Below are positions 1-12,168 of a DNA stretch of 64,000 nt, piece by piece. Position 1 is the stretch's first letter. Every line of letters begins with the position of its first letter. The notes beneath the pieces are model-generated. The model had not been told where the DNA came from and made no database searches. It saw only the letters and a program-made list of their open reading frames with translations. Source of the DNA: Octopus bimaculoides (taxonomy: Eukaryota); the NCBI RefSeq assembly GCF_001194135.2, contig NC_068983.1, positions 1,211,793 to 1,275,792 of the forward strand, given 5' to 3'. The translations under genes were made by a program, and so were the position numbers.

Positions 1-117
1 TATATGTATGTATACATACATATATACATACATACATACATGTATATATCTATATATATATATATATATATATATATAGATATAGATAGATATATATACA
101 TATACATACGTAAAATT

Positions 118-283
118 AATCGCCACATCAAAGTGGTTGTTCCATGTTACTACTAGTTTAACCCCAAGCAAATCTTCCTCCAGCTAGATACTGGTGCAGC
201 GATGCACCAGTATCTAGCTGGCGAAAGATTTGCTTGGGGTTAAACCAGTAGTAACATGCAACGACCTCTTTGATGTGGCGATT
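118..283. mobile_element. Palindromic foldback/MITE-like element (~80-bp arms, 4-nt loop)
   Basis: Arm 118-198 is the reverse complement of 203-283 at roughly 90% identity; centre CTGGTGCA-GCGA-TGCACCAG. Confidence 0.7.
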
Positions 284-606
284 GACTTTAGTTGTGAACA
301 TCTTTTTTGCTTGTATATATAAAAGTAGAAGGACTCGGTTTCACTCCAGGTATAACCTCATAGCCGTTTGCTTGTAAGATTAGGGCATTTCTGAGAACGA
401 AACACTTACCTTTAGCACTCAATGGGTTTACACTGCTGTACATTACATGCACATATTATTCATGGCTCTGGAATTTGGGTTAACGCAGGGAGTTTAACCA
501 TTCCACCGCTGCACTACAGCCCAGGTGTCTCTCCAGGCCACTTCCTTGTTTTATATTAATAAGCCAGTCCTGTGGAATACTGTCGATATTACATGCGTGC
601 TCGTTG

Positions 607-656
<50 letters not shown>

Positions 657-726
657 NNNNNNNNNNNNNNNNNNNNNNNNNNNNNNNNNNNNNNNNNNNN
701 NNNNNNNNNNNNNNNNNNNNNNNNNN

Positions 727-765
<39 letters not shown>

Positions 766-1442
766 GCACGCAAATACATATGTTTGTACATGTTTATTTC
801 TGTTGCTAGCTGACCACTCACAACGTCCGTGGGCCCATCTCACCCTTAGATATACCAAAATGTACCAATATCAAGTATCTTCTCTAGTTTCATTCATTAT
901 ATATTTGTCATTGTGCTGATAATGTCCTGATGAACATGGAAGTGTAAACCTTTTGTTTGGATTTATAAAGGAGATATCTGTGCAATCCTCAAACAGTCAG
1001 TACTCATTGCTTCGTACAATACCGGCTATGTTTGTGGTTGTCGTAGCCCAGCTGTTGCCCTTGCTCTCCAGATGAAGAATCGGTTTGGTATTTGTGTATT
1101 TGGAGAAGATGGTTAAGAAATACTTGTTCTACTGCCGTCACTTTGACACCTCATTGTTGCTTTCATTTTTCTTTTATATTTCGAATAACAATAGGATGTA
1201 GAATGCTATGAAACTGAGCTGGGCAACGATTACAGCGTGTGAATAAATTATGATAATTCTGTCTTTGTTATTGTATAAGAAATAAATCTTGTTTTTTTTC
1301 CTGTCGTTGTTAGACTATCATTTTATACATAGACGCTCAATGCTCAGTACAGCGGTACTCAATATCTCCCGTTATATGCGATCTTTCATACACCTGCAAA
1401 TTTCATGTAGCTAGTAGTTACATAATACATTCCAGTACTTAC

Positions 1443-1586
1443 ATAAAATGGTACACAACCTTTAGCTCTGTCTTCTTCAATAGCTTTCTTCAAACTGTTT
1501 CCTCTCATGGAACGTCTATCATCCAATTCTATATCTCGCACCTTTATTAGAGCTATCTTGCAAGCCTTTACAAAGGACGAGTGTGT
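1443..1586 (-). CDS. DDC-like: DDC-like copy B coding exon 5
   Basis: tttgcag|[48 protein letters not shown]|gtaagt; 144 nt. Confidence 0.92.
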
Positions 1587-1707
1587 CTGCAAATTAAAAG
1601 GAAGTAATGAAAATAGTATCGATGTATATATGCACATACTAAATGCATGTAACAGAACCTGGAGCACACACACACATTGGCACACATATACATATATATA
1701 TATCATC

Positions 1708-1751
<44 letters not shown>

Positions 1752-2945
1752 NNNNNNNNNNNNNNNNNNNNNNNNNNNNNNNNNNNNNNNNNNNNNNNNN
1801 NNNNNNNNNNNNNNNNNNNNNNNNNNNNNNNNNNNNNNNNNNNNNNNNNNNNNNNNNNNNNNNNNNNNNNNNNNNNNNNNNNNNNNNNNNNNNNNNNNNN
1901 NNNNNNNNNNNNNNNNNNNNNNNNNNNNNNNNNNNNNNNNNNNNNNNNNNNNNNNNNNNNNNNNNNNNNNNNNNNNNNNNNNNNNNNNNNNNNNNNNNNN
2001 NNNNNNNNNNNNNNNNNNNNNNNNNNNNNNNNNNNNNNNNNNNNNNNNNNNNNNNNNNNNNNNNNNNNNNNNNNNNNNNNNNNNNNNNNNNNNNNNNNNN
2101 NNNNNNNNNNNNNNNNNNNNNNNNNNNNNNNNNNNNNNNNNNNNNNNNNNNNNNNNNNNNNNNNNNNNNNNNNNNNNNNNNNNNNNNNNNNNNNGCTTTG
2201 AAAAACTAATTGATAAATATCATATTCATTTTTTTCTCAAATAAGGCAGCGAAATGGTGATATATTTTGGTCGCATATAACCTCTTCAGCAGAATATTGA
2301 ACCTACAATATATTATTACACTAATTTACATTTAAAATAAAGAGACCCAGGGCGTGCCTCAAAAGTTCAAAAAGATTCTTTCGGCAATTAGGTGAGGCAG
2401 TACATAGCATAAAATATGTTAACGCTAACTTCTTCAAAATAGCAAGAACAAATCCGTTGCTAGTTTTTTTTTTTTTTTCTCTCATACTGGTTTTCTCTCA
2501 TACTGGTTTGACACCCGGTGTTGCCCAGAGAATTACGTATTGCTGTGGTGAAAAAATTCATGAAAGTGTAAGTTATCGTTGATAAATTTCAACACCGCTA
2601 TCGTTGATGCCGGAGAGACGATACTGTGAGGTACGTTTTGATTTTCTTGCATTTAAGTTCAAAATCCTTCGAGGTAAAATTATCTTTCAGATTTTAGGGG
2701 CCGACAAATGAAATAACAGTTCAGTAATGGGGTCGAGTGTCCTCTGTATCTTTCTCTGTCTGTCTCTTTGTCTCTGACTGTCTGTCTGTCTATCTGTCTG
2801 TCTGTCTGTCTCTTTGTCTCTGACTGTCTGTCTGTCTGTCTCTTTCTCTCTGACTGTCTGTCTGTCTATCTGTCTGTCTGTCTGTCTCTTTCTCTCTGAC
2901 TGTCTGTCTGTCTATCTGCCTGTCTGTCTGTCTCTTTGTATCTGA

Positions 2946-3002
<57 letters not shown>

Positions 3003-6000
3003 GCACTCTCATAGGTAATGAAGCCAATCGACTGCATGCAGTTGCTCAGTGATTCTAACTCATGAAACGTTATCAAGGAAGACAAGACAATTCTAACGTA
3101 TTATACTATGATATGTAATTCTATACATACAGAGGTGAAGGTCTCATTAATTAATTATTATATATACTACTTACATTTTATTTACTATGTTTCAATATAC
3201 TTACCTTTTCTAAGGCGGCGAAGCGGTAGAAACGTTAGCACGCCGGACGAAATGCTTAGCGGCATTTTGTCTGTCTTTACGTTCTCAGTTCAAATTCCGC
3301 CAAGGTCTACTTTGCCTTTCATCCTTTCGAGGTCGATAAATTAAGTACGAATTGTGTACTGGGGTCGCTTTAACCGACTGCCCACCTCCCAAAATATTTC
3401 GGGCCTTGTGCCTAAAGTAGAAAAGAATATACTTACCTCTTCTGATTTATAAGCAATTAATTTTGTAACAGCTATCCAGTCCTCCATTTCGTTATTTTCT
3501 GTTTTCATTTTATTTATGGAAGCGGTTCTGGCAGCGAATAGACTCATTAACATGCACTCAGTAGACGAATTCTAGTAACAAATATTGTACACCACCGGAT
3601 TAGTTTAGTTAAATATTAATTTCTTTTAAATATTGTTTCATGGTCTTAATTGATAATACTTTGTAGACAACTAAACAGATAATGATAATGTTATATAAAA
3701 AGATATTTATACTAATTTCTTACCCGTCATATAACAGCTAACTTTGAATTATACTTTTGTCATCATGACCAATAGCAGGAAACATAGCACGCATGCAATA
3801 GTTATATTTTACCGTTTATCGGAAGGGATATTAATTTTCAACAGAGAAGTATTTTTTTACATGAAAATGAAGTTACATAAAGCAAATTCCTTATTTTTAA
3901 ACCTCCTCTCATAAATATTCTTGTCATTTACTGCTCTTCCTCCCCCTCTTTTTCCTTTGCGATTATTTTTTCTCTCACTGTGTATGTGTGTGTCGTGGTG
4001 GTGGTGGTGGTGGTGGTGAAGGGGCTACATTCTTTTACTCATTTCCTGTCACCAAGCCAAGTGTATGCCAACTTCTATGCTTGCATACTATATGTATTCC
4101 GTTTAGTCTCACTCTCACACTCTCTCTCTCTCTGTGTATGTATATATATATATATATATANNNNNNNNNNNNNNNNNNNNNNNNNNNNNNNNNNNNNNNN
4201 NNNNNNNNNNNNNNNNNNNNNNNNNNNNNNNNNNNNNNNNNNNNNNNNNNNNNNNNNNNNNNNNNNNNNNNNNNNNNNNNNNNNNNNNNNNNNNNNNNNN
4301 NNNNNNNNNNNNNNNNNNNNNNNNNNNNNNNNNNNNNNNNNNNNNNNNNNNNNNNNNNNNNNNNNNNNNNNNNNNNNNNNNNNNNNNNNNNNNNNNNNNN
4401 NNNNNNNNNNNNNNATATATATATATATATATATATACATATATATATCTTACCTGGATTACACCTCCTCCATCTCCTTCAGAAGTAGACAAGAAGATTT
4501 TAGGCAGTTTTATAGCCTTTGCCAACCAGTCTAAAACAATGACTTCTAGTTCAGTGGCTGCAGGAAAGGATTTCTGAAATATACGCAACAGTTAATCTAT
4601 CTATATCATTGTTTGAGAGATATTTCAGAATTTACACTGATATATATTAAAGTTGTCCTTCAATAAAATTTCATAGTCGTATAGAAATATCTTTAGAAAA
4701 TCTGTTGTTTATCGAGTTAAATACATTCTGTCATATATTCTTTAATTTAAAGAGAAACTAGATTTGAACATCTAGAAATGACGGCCTCTCATTGTTGGCA
4801 TCATTGTACCTTAAAAATGGTATAAGTGCGACACGTGGAAATTGTACAGAACGAAAAAGATTGCGAAGCTATTTACAAAAGAAAGGATAATTTGCATTTT
4901 TATTTTCCTAAGTTATTTTACTTCCAGTCATTGTTAAAAATTCAGTCTGGTAAAACATGAACTCTTTGGTAAGATAGCCTGATATTCTTATCTTATAGTA
5001 TTCACTAAAGATATTTCTGCAACACACACTCACAATTTTTGAACGATTGAGAAAATTGTGACATTACTGATTATTAATTTCTAACATAGACAAAAGACTA
5101 ATTTTCGGAATGGAACAAGAACTTTATTATTAATTGTTCTTTCATTTAGCAACCTTCGGAGATATGATAAACAACGTTGACTACGGAGAGACTTGAATTC
5201 ATATATTTGAGGCAATAAGATTTCTATAGTGAATATGTGCTGTTGAAATGGGAACTTCATATATTTTGTTACTAAACATGTAATAACTCTGATCACTTTC
5301 GGCCACTATGTCTAACTTAATATCACCCCCAGGTGATGTTTTTCAATCGTATATGGGGCACCATATCCCACTCTAGCAAAGATTTATCATTGTTGGAGAC
5401 ATATCCGAGTGTAAGGAGTTGGTCGGGGATATTTTTGAGAAATTTATCCAGAGAACTTTTTAATTGTATGGGAACCGTTTCCGTTTTGGCGTAATTTGGT
5501 ATGGTATCAAGGAGATCCGGACCGGTTGAGGTAAAGTAGTTGTGTCGTAATGTTGCTATGCGTCTTGAGTTCGATTTTTGTAGTGGGTGGTTAGCACGGG
5601 GGCCAAATCTTGGGTGGATTTTAAAACTGATGCCAACATCATTTGTGCAATATTGATGGAATATTTTCCACATCGCACAAATGACGTAGCGCTCCCAGCG
5701 GCGTTGGAGAGAGTAAAGATTGAGTTTTATTTTAGACGACCCCAATAGTCAATGCCTGTCACGCCGACTATCTTTCTTGTTATTGGCCTCTGGAGTGCTT
5801 CCACTTTTATAATGAGTTGCTTCGTGTGAGAAGACCACAGTGGGCAACAATATTCCAGGTGGGGCCGGGCAAAAGTATAGTAGAGAAGAGTGGTGGTGTG
5901 AGCATCTTCAGACCGGAAAGTTCTCAGAATTCAGGAGCACATCTTGCGGACCAAGTCAACCTTGCTGTTTACACATTTTAAATAATTCAGTTGTATTTAA

Positions 6001-8137
6001 ATCAAATTCTAAAAGTAACATCAGATTTGGAAAGTGTATGTTGTTAAAATTTGAACTTTCATGTCATAGCTAATTCGGCAACCATCGGTGGTATCATCAA
6101 TTGAGCAAAAATTGAACTCGTAAAATCAGTGTGATTTAATTAAACACACACAAAAGTGATGTAACTGGTTGAAAATGCTGGAGTAAAGTGAAGAGTTGTG
6201 CATGGAAAGAGTTCTTCAGACAAGTGTGACAATAAAAGAGAATAGGTAGAACAGAAGAAGAGTTAATGTAATTAGTGTGTTATAAAATATTATAATTAGT
6301 TTGGAGTTACGTAGAATGGCTAGTGGGTAGATATATACAAAGTTAGCGGGCGGTCACATGCACTGTTTTGTGGTTAGTTATGTAAAATAGATAGTGAGTT
6401 TAAACAATATTTAATACATCGTTATATATTTCAGAACTAGTCAAGAACGCATTTGCTCGGTGATAATGTATTATTTCGTTATATTTTAGATTTCATTACT
6501 AAATGTTGATTTCGTATGAGCTTCCTTACATTATTGTGACAGACATAGGATTTCATTCTAGACTGCTTTCGGAAATGGTGACATCTCTTACTTGCAAATA
6601 TTTGGTCCATGATTTACAAATTGCACATAACTAATATTCGAAATTATGTTGCTAAATGTATCTGTCAATGTGGATATCAAAATATTAATAATAATCATAA
6701 CTGTAGTCTATTCACTCAAAATCAATAACCAAACAATTTACAAAATACTCCATTGCCTCAATAGGCAGATTACCATGTGGTGCATTTCTTCTCTCAGTAT
6801 ATAATTGGCTGTATTTCAGTAAATCACTTCTTCTCTTTGACATGATTTAGCATCTTCCTTAACTGGATCATCTATTTAGTCACTGACCTCCCGGTCATGC
6901 GACAGGCATTTACTAGTTCAAGCTGCAAACAGAATCTAAGCAGACCAAACATGTTCGTTCTATTTATCATAAATTCACTCATCACAGTCATATCATATCA
7001 AGTACCTAAGTTTATTCCCCGTTTTGTTAGGAGGGTGTGGCCACAACAAGACACACACCAGGCATTCCATTCATTTCCCAGCTCAAAGGAGCGAGCTCCG
7101 TTCTATACTCGGGTCAAGGCATAGAACGCAACCCCCAATATCAACAGCAGGGCCCGACAGTATATGCTGGTTTACTCTCGCTATATCATGCTGGTTCCGT
7201 AGCTTTTTGAGCAACATCAGATTCGCTCATCCGTCCACAAACACTCTACAAGCTTTCCTATCATTTATAAACTCTCTTGCTTCTCTCACTCCAGCACCTC
7301 TAACTACTTAAGCGTTCCTCACTCCATCCATCCACGCAAATCGAGCTCTGCCTCTGGTTCTGCTGCCTGCCACTTCAGCCTTCATCACCCTCCTTACCAC
7401 CCGCTTCTCACCCATCCTCTCCATGTGGCCAAACCACCTCAACCTTCGTCTATCCAATTTGGTTGTCAGTTTTTCTTTCATTTCTGCTCGTCTTCGCACA
7501 TCCTCATCCTGTCCATCCGTGTCACATCAACCATAGCCCTCAAACATCTCATCCCAAACACATCTAGTCGCCTCCTCTGCACATCTCTCAGCTCCCAAGT
7601 CTTTGCACGATATAACATTGTCGGTACAATCACGCCCTCATATACACCTCTTTTCACTTTCATACTCAACCTTTTGTCTCGCAGCATATCTTTGACAACT
7701 CCAAGTATTCTATCCATTCTATCACTCGGTATCCCACCTCCTCAGCCAACATCCCATCCGCCGCCACATGTAATCCTAGATACTTAAAAACATTCACCTA
7801 CTCTCACATCTTACCATTTATACTCACATCCATTCTACCAGCCCTCATCACGGTATCTGCACCAAACGTGTGCTTACTCTTTCGTACATTTTCTATTCAT
7901 ATTTTTATCAGAAAGTCACAGGTTGAAAATTTGGTAAATTTGACTCGAGTTATCCTGATCGATAGGACAGGTAGCATAGAGAATACAAGTAAAGTGACAG
8001 AAAGGAAAAATTTTGAATTCTTGAAATTCTTCATTTCATAAATAATCCTGTAGAATTGTATATGCATACATACTACATACATACAAGCATACATAAATAC
8101 ATTCATACATACATACATACATACATACATACATACA

Positions 8138-8168
<31 letters not shown>

Positions 8169-11010
8169 CTACCAGTGAAGACCTCAATAAAATGTAAGTA
8201 CAACAGACCTGACATAGTGATTGGGGACAGAGAAGAGTAACTGTGCACAGTTGTGGAAATTAGCTGCCCAGCGGATGTTAACATAAAGCTGAAGATCAGT
8301 GAAAAAGAGAACACCTATGCTGAATTATTGCGAAATCTGTAGTTACTCTATCCAGATTGCAAGTTCAGGTTTATACCTGTAATTATTGGAGCCCTGGGAT
8401 ATGTAACACACTGCCTAAATGCCAATCTTGAGAAATCGAGCTTCTCAAAACCAGAAGGGTGAAATCTGATTCGAAGACTTCAGACCCAATCCATCACTGG
8501 AACTGTAAAGATCTGTAAAACATTCCAGTTTATCATTTAAGTGTAGATGAGCATGTCTAGATACTCAAGTCTATGCGTGAGAAGACATACATAAAACAAA
8601 ACAGACAAATCTGCACATATACATGCATGCATATATACATACATACGTACAAACATACATACATACAACCATACATACATACATATATACATCCATCTAT
8701 CCATACATACATACATACATCTATCCATACATACATACAAACATACATACATACATACATATATACATACATACATACATATATACATACATACATACAT
8801 ACATATATACATCCATCTATCCATACATACATACATACATACATACACACAAAAACACCCTGTTGTTGATGTTGAAATATCAATGAAGGAACCCTGGATC
8901 TTGGTTAGAAACCGATTCTTTCTCTATTAGCAAGAACTCTTGAATTAAACTGAATAATGACATACATACCTACACACACACACACACACACATACGTACG
9001 TACATGCATACATACAAACATACATATGTATGTATGTGTTTATGCACACATATTCGCACACAAACACATACACACATATATGCAGTCATACCAATTAATA
9101 AAATACGACGTTGTGATTTCTACAATGCAAGCAGAGCGAATGCAGAGCGAATGCAGAGCGAATGCAGAGCGAATGCAGTGTATGACTTACCCAAGATATG
9201 ACGTCAGTTGCGAGCGCATTTGAGAACATTCCTCCGAGAATAGCTGCATAAGATGTTCGCGAGGGGAAGAAAGAAGCGAATCTTGGATGTTGCCAGTGAC
9301 ATATCTGTTGGGTGTAAACGAGCAAACGCGATAAATGAAACTACATAAACGACTTCGGTTCAATGAGTGGGGAATAACTATATGAAATAGGTAAGAAAAT
9401 TGAGGTTAGATCGATAAAATGATGATAATAAATGGTAAAAGATGAATGGCGATAAAATGAGATGACATAGAATACAAAGAAATAAATTGATGTTAACGCC
9501 ATCACTTCTGCATGCAAGATATTCGCAGTTTACGTCAAAAGCCAGAACACTAAAAGACTTGTAAAGTAAAAAAAATAATAAACCAAATTCATATGGTACT
9601 TGTCACTATGCGACATCTCATTTCCTACGTTGTATGAGAGTTAAGAAAGTATAAAGGATGCTAACAAAAGTCCCAAGTTATAAAAGCATAGAAGAGTTGA
9701 AGTGGTGGGGGTGAGTATATAGGAGGATTAGTTAGGGAATAATTGAGGGGAACACTATTGTTTGTACCTTAAGAATGTGTTACACAACTTGTGTTTGAAA
9801 CCAATAATTCAGTCACTCCGTTCCGTCCCTCCGGGCACACCTAGAGGATACCACTGGCGCACATAGAACATACGCGCAAACACGCAGTTATACGAATGTG
9901 TAATTTTACTGTTAAGTAATAAACCATCTCCGACTGCAAGGGGATAGAAACTGTATCCCCCTCCCCACTAAGGGATAGAAACTGTATCCCCCTCCCCACT
10001 AAGGGATAGAAACTGNNNNNNNNNNNNNNNGTATCCCCCTCCCCACTAAGGGATAGAAACTGTATCCCCCTCCCCACTAAGGGATAGAAACTGTATCCCA
10101 CTTATCCCTCTCTTTTCTTCCCCCTCCTCTCTCCTTCTCTCCTGACGAATCCACCTTCCTCTCTCTCTCCTAAATATTTTACCTCTATTTTTTGTTTCTC
10201 ATTCTTGACTATTTCACTTCTAAAAATTCTTCTTCTATGATTCTGTATAAACGTTTATACTTGGGTGCGACAAGGAAATTTATTTACCGTTCACGTCGTA
10301 AAATGGCACAAGCTTAATATTTTTGGGAGAGAGCCAGTCGATTAGATCAACCCTAGTAGGCAACCGCTACTTAATTTATTGACACCGAAAGGATGAAAGG
10401 CAAAGTCGACCTCGGCGGAAGGCACCAGTTTAATATTACCAACAACCGCCTCCTCAATCAATATCAACCTAGAGTCTCCCTTCTTCCCTCTCTCCTTTTC
10501 TTTATTCCTAACTACTTTAGACAATTGCCAAACTCCTGTTATTGTAACAACTTCCTTTTTTACCATTTTGTTTCTTCATAGATACGTTTTTCTGTTTCAT
10601 GTTTTTACTCCGTTCTTCCATCTTCACCACTCATTTAAAATTATCCCTTCGGCGAGTTAATTTAGGATTCCTGAACAACAATGTAACCCTTCATTTAACT
10701 AAGGTATCTTCGGCCTGATGAGTAGCTAGCGGAGCACCTCCTCGTTAACTAATTATTACTTCCGAAAGTCTGTTAGCAAGAAAACATATGTAGCTTGATA
10801 TGTATATATATATATGATTCGTTTCAGTTATTTCACTGCGCTCATGCTGGAGCACCACCTTTAGTCGAACAAATTGCCCCCAAGATCTATTATTTGTAAG
10901 CCTACTACTTGTTCTCTCGGTCTCTTTTGCCGAACTGCTAAGTTACGGGGGACGTAAGCACACCAACATCAGTTGTCAAGCGATGGTGTGGGACAGATAC
11001 AGACACACAA

Positions 11011-11041
<31 letters not shown>

Positions 11042-11051
11042 TATATATATT

Positions 11052-11092
<41 letters not shown>

Positions 11093-12071
11093 CGCAGGAA
11101 AACTCGTCAGTATGGGATTCGTTAAAATCAGTTTTGACAGAGATTCAACTAGCAGGAGCAGGACTTTTCCATTTGTAGATTGATCAAGATGTTCGTGTTA
11201 TAGACAGGTTCTTTCTGAAACATAATCTCCGAACGTTTAATTGTTGCCCAAGTTCTTTATTCTTTCTTCCAAATTCAAGAAAAGAAGGTTAATCCGAGTT
11301 AGTGTTGAAAAGAAAATATCTTAACTTTTCATGCCGAGCTAAACGACTACATAAGAGGTCAAAGAATAATCAATGATCACTTGGAAGAGTGACAATATTA
11401 ACCAGCAAAACGTGGAATATATTACTACCGTTTGTTTATTAGGGGTCTTCCCGCTTCTAGGTGTGTATAAGATAAGTGGTAGAAACAACTCGATATTACC
11501 AGGTAAAGCAAAGAAAGAGATGTCCACTTAGCGTTACATTAGACCCATCCAAAATGCATGCATCTCGCCTGCGACTGAAATTGTATATGATGGGATTAGG
11601 TATATTATTATATAAGAGGCGTGCTGAAAAGTTCCTGGCTTTGCGTAATGGTAAATTCAGAAGGATCAGTTAATTATGATTTTATTCGACATATTCCCCT
11701 CCCAAATTCACATGCTTATTGCAGCAGTCCTTCACATTTTCTAAGCCTTATAAACCAAGTCGGAAAGTTGGGACTCCAGATAAGCCTTTCGCGATATCCT
11801 TAAAGCCAAGAGATTTTGCAGCACTCCGTCGTTTAAACGAAGAAGTTTGTATAAAACTACTACTTACTCCTGACATGATTATTCGTTCGATATCAGCAAA
11901 AACATCGTCCCAGGGTTCTGCTTTTTCTGGAGCTCTATCTGTAATCAAAATTCTCAAGAAGCCGGGTGCACATACGGGTAAAACCTTTCTGCTTCGAATA
12001 TTATTAAAATAATCAGTTATATATTTCGCTAATTCTACAGCGGCGGCCTCGAAATTTTCAGCATTTTCCAT
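1443..12071 (-). CDS. DDC-like: DDC/AADC-like PLP-dependent decarboxylase, copy B (5 exons in window; 3' part beyond left edge)
   Basis: Exons 11868-12071, 9191-9304, 4454-4573, 3437-3571, 1443-1586; all GT-AG, phase 0, no stops; sizes 204/114/120/135/144 match DDC exon architecture; motifs [30 protein letters not shown]. Confidence 0.93.
2500..3005 (+). mobile_element. Possible Helitron/Helentron-associated (DINE-1-like) non-autonomous element
   Basis: ACCCGGTGTTGCCCAG-type terminal motif (similar CTCGGCGTTGCCCGGG near 31258) followed by a (GTCT)n microsatellite; ends not resolved. Confidence 0.3.
3207..3425 (+). mobile_element. tRNA-derived SINE (Meta-domain-like core) with 13-bp target-site duplication
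   Basis: Box A/B-like head, core GCCTTTCATCCTTTCGAGGTCGATAAATTAAGTAC shared with 34770-34985, 40180-40330 and 10340-10430 (minus); flanked by AATATACTTACCT at 3194-3206 and 3426-3438. Confidence 0.8.
3437..3571 (-). CDS. DDC-like: DDC-like copy B coding exon 4
   Basis: ttactag|[45 protein letters not shown]|gtaagt; 135 nt. Confidence 0.92.
4454..4573 (-). CDS. DDC-like: DDC-like copy B coding exon 3
   Basis: atttcag|[40 protein letters not shown]|gtaaga; 120 nt. Confidence 0.94.
5300..6200 (-). mobile_element. CR1-group LINE 3' fragment (degenerate ORF2 C-terminus)
   Basis: [10 protein letters not shown]...GPDLLDTIP...[14 protein letters not shown]; same family as 13340-13800. Confidence 0.75.
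6990..7880 (-). mobile_element. RTE-clade LINE 3' fragment
   Basis: [35 protein letters not shown]...[12 protein letters not shown]; frameshifted. Confidence 0.8.
8166..8957 (+). mobile_element. 5'-truncated RLE-type (R4/Dong-like) retrotransposon bordered by (CATA)n
   Basis: [20 protein letters not shown]...[10 protein letters not shown]...[11 protein letters not shown] (PD-(D/E)xK-like RLE); 3' UTR motif shared with 44468, 55523 and 46495. Confidence 0.75.
9131..9178. repeat. 11-bp tandem repeat (GCAGAGCGAAT)x4
   Basis: Direct reading; sits just inside intron 2 of copy B next to the donor. Confidence 0.9.
9191..9304 (-). CDS. DDC-like: DDC-like copy B coding exon 2
   Basis: ccaacag|[38 protein letters not shown]|gtaagt; 114 nt. 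Confidence 0.93.
9939..10100. repeat. 31-bp minisatellite (AGGGATAGAAACTGTATCCCCCTCCCCACTA)n
   Basis: About five units with an internal N gap; each unit has a GGGATA/TATCCC inverted pair. Confidence 0.85.
10819..11040 (-). mobile_element. Tail half of abundant tRNA-derived SINE (octopus-type)
   Basis: Matches left halves of 24561-24960 and 35456-35838; ends in (CA)n. Confidence 0.75.
11868..12071 (-). CDS. DDC-like: DDC-like copy B coding exon 1
   Basis: [68 protein letters not shown]|gtaagt; 204 nt. Confidence 0.94.
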
Positions 12072-12168
12072 GCCGTTTTTTCAGATGAAGGCTTAAAAAA
12101 AATTAAAATTAGATTTGGTTAATTTACTGCTTTATTTATTTGCATGTCTTTATTTTTCAAATATTTAA

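Noticed and set aside
410-468. Segment bounded by a good acceptor and GTAAGT donor on the minus strand, considered as copy B exon 6
   Set aside because: Stop codons in all three frames and no TLGT/FD motif; real exon 6 is probably beyond the window edge.
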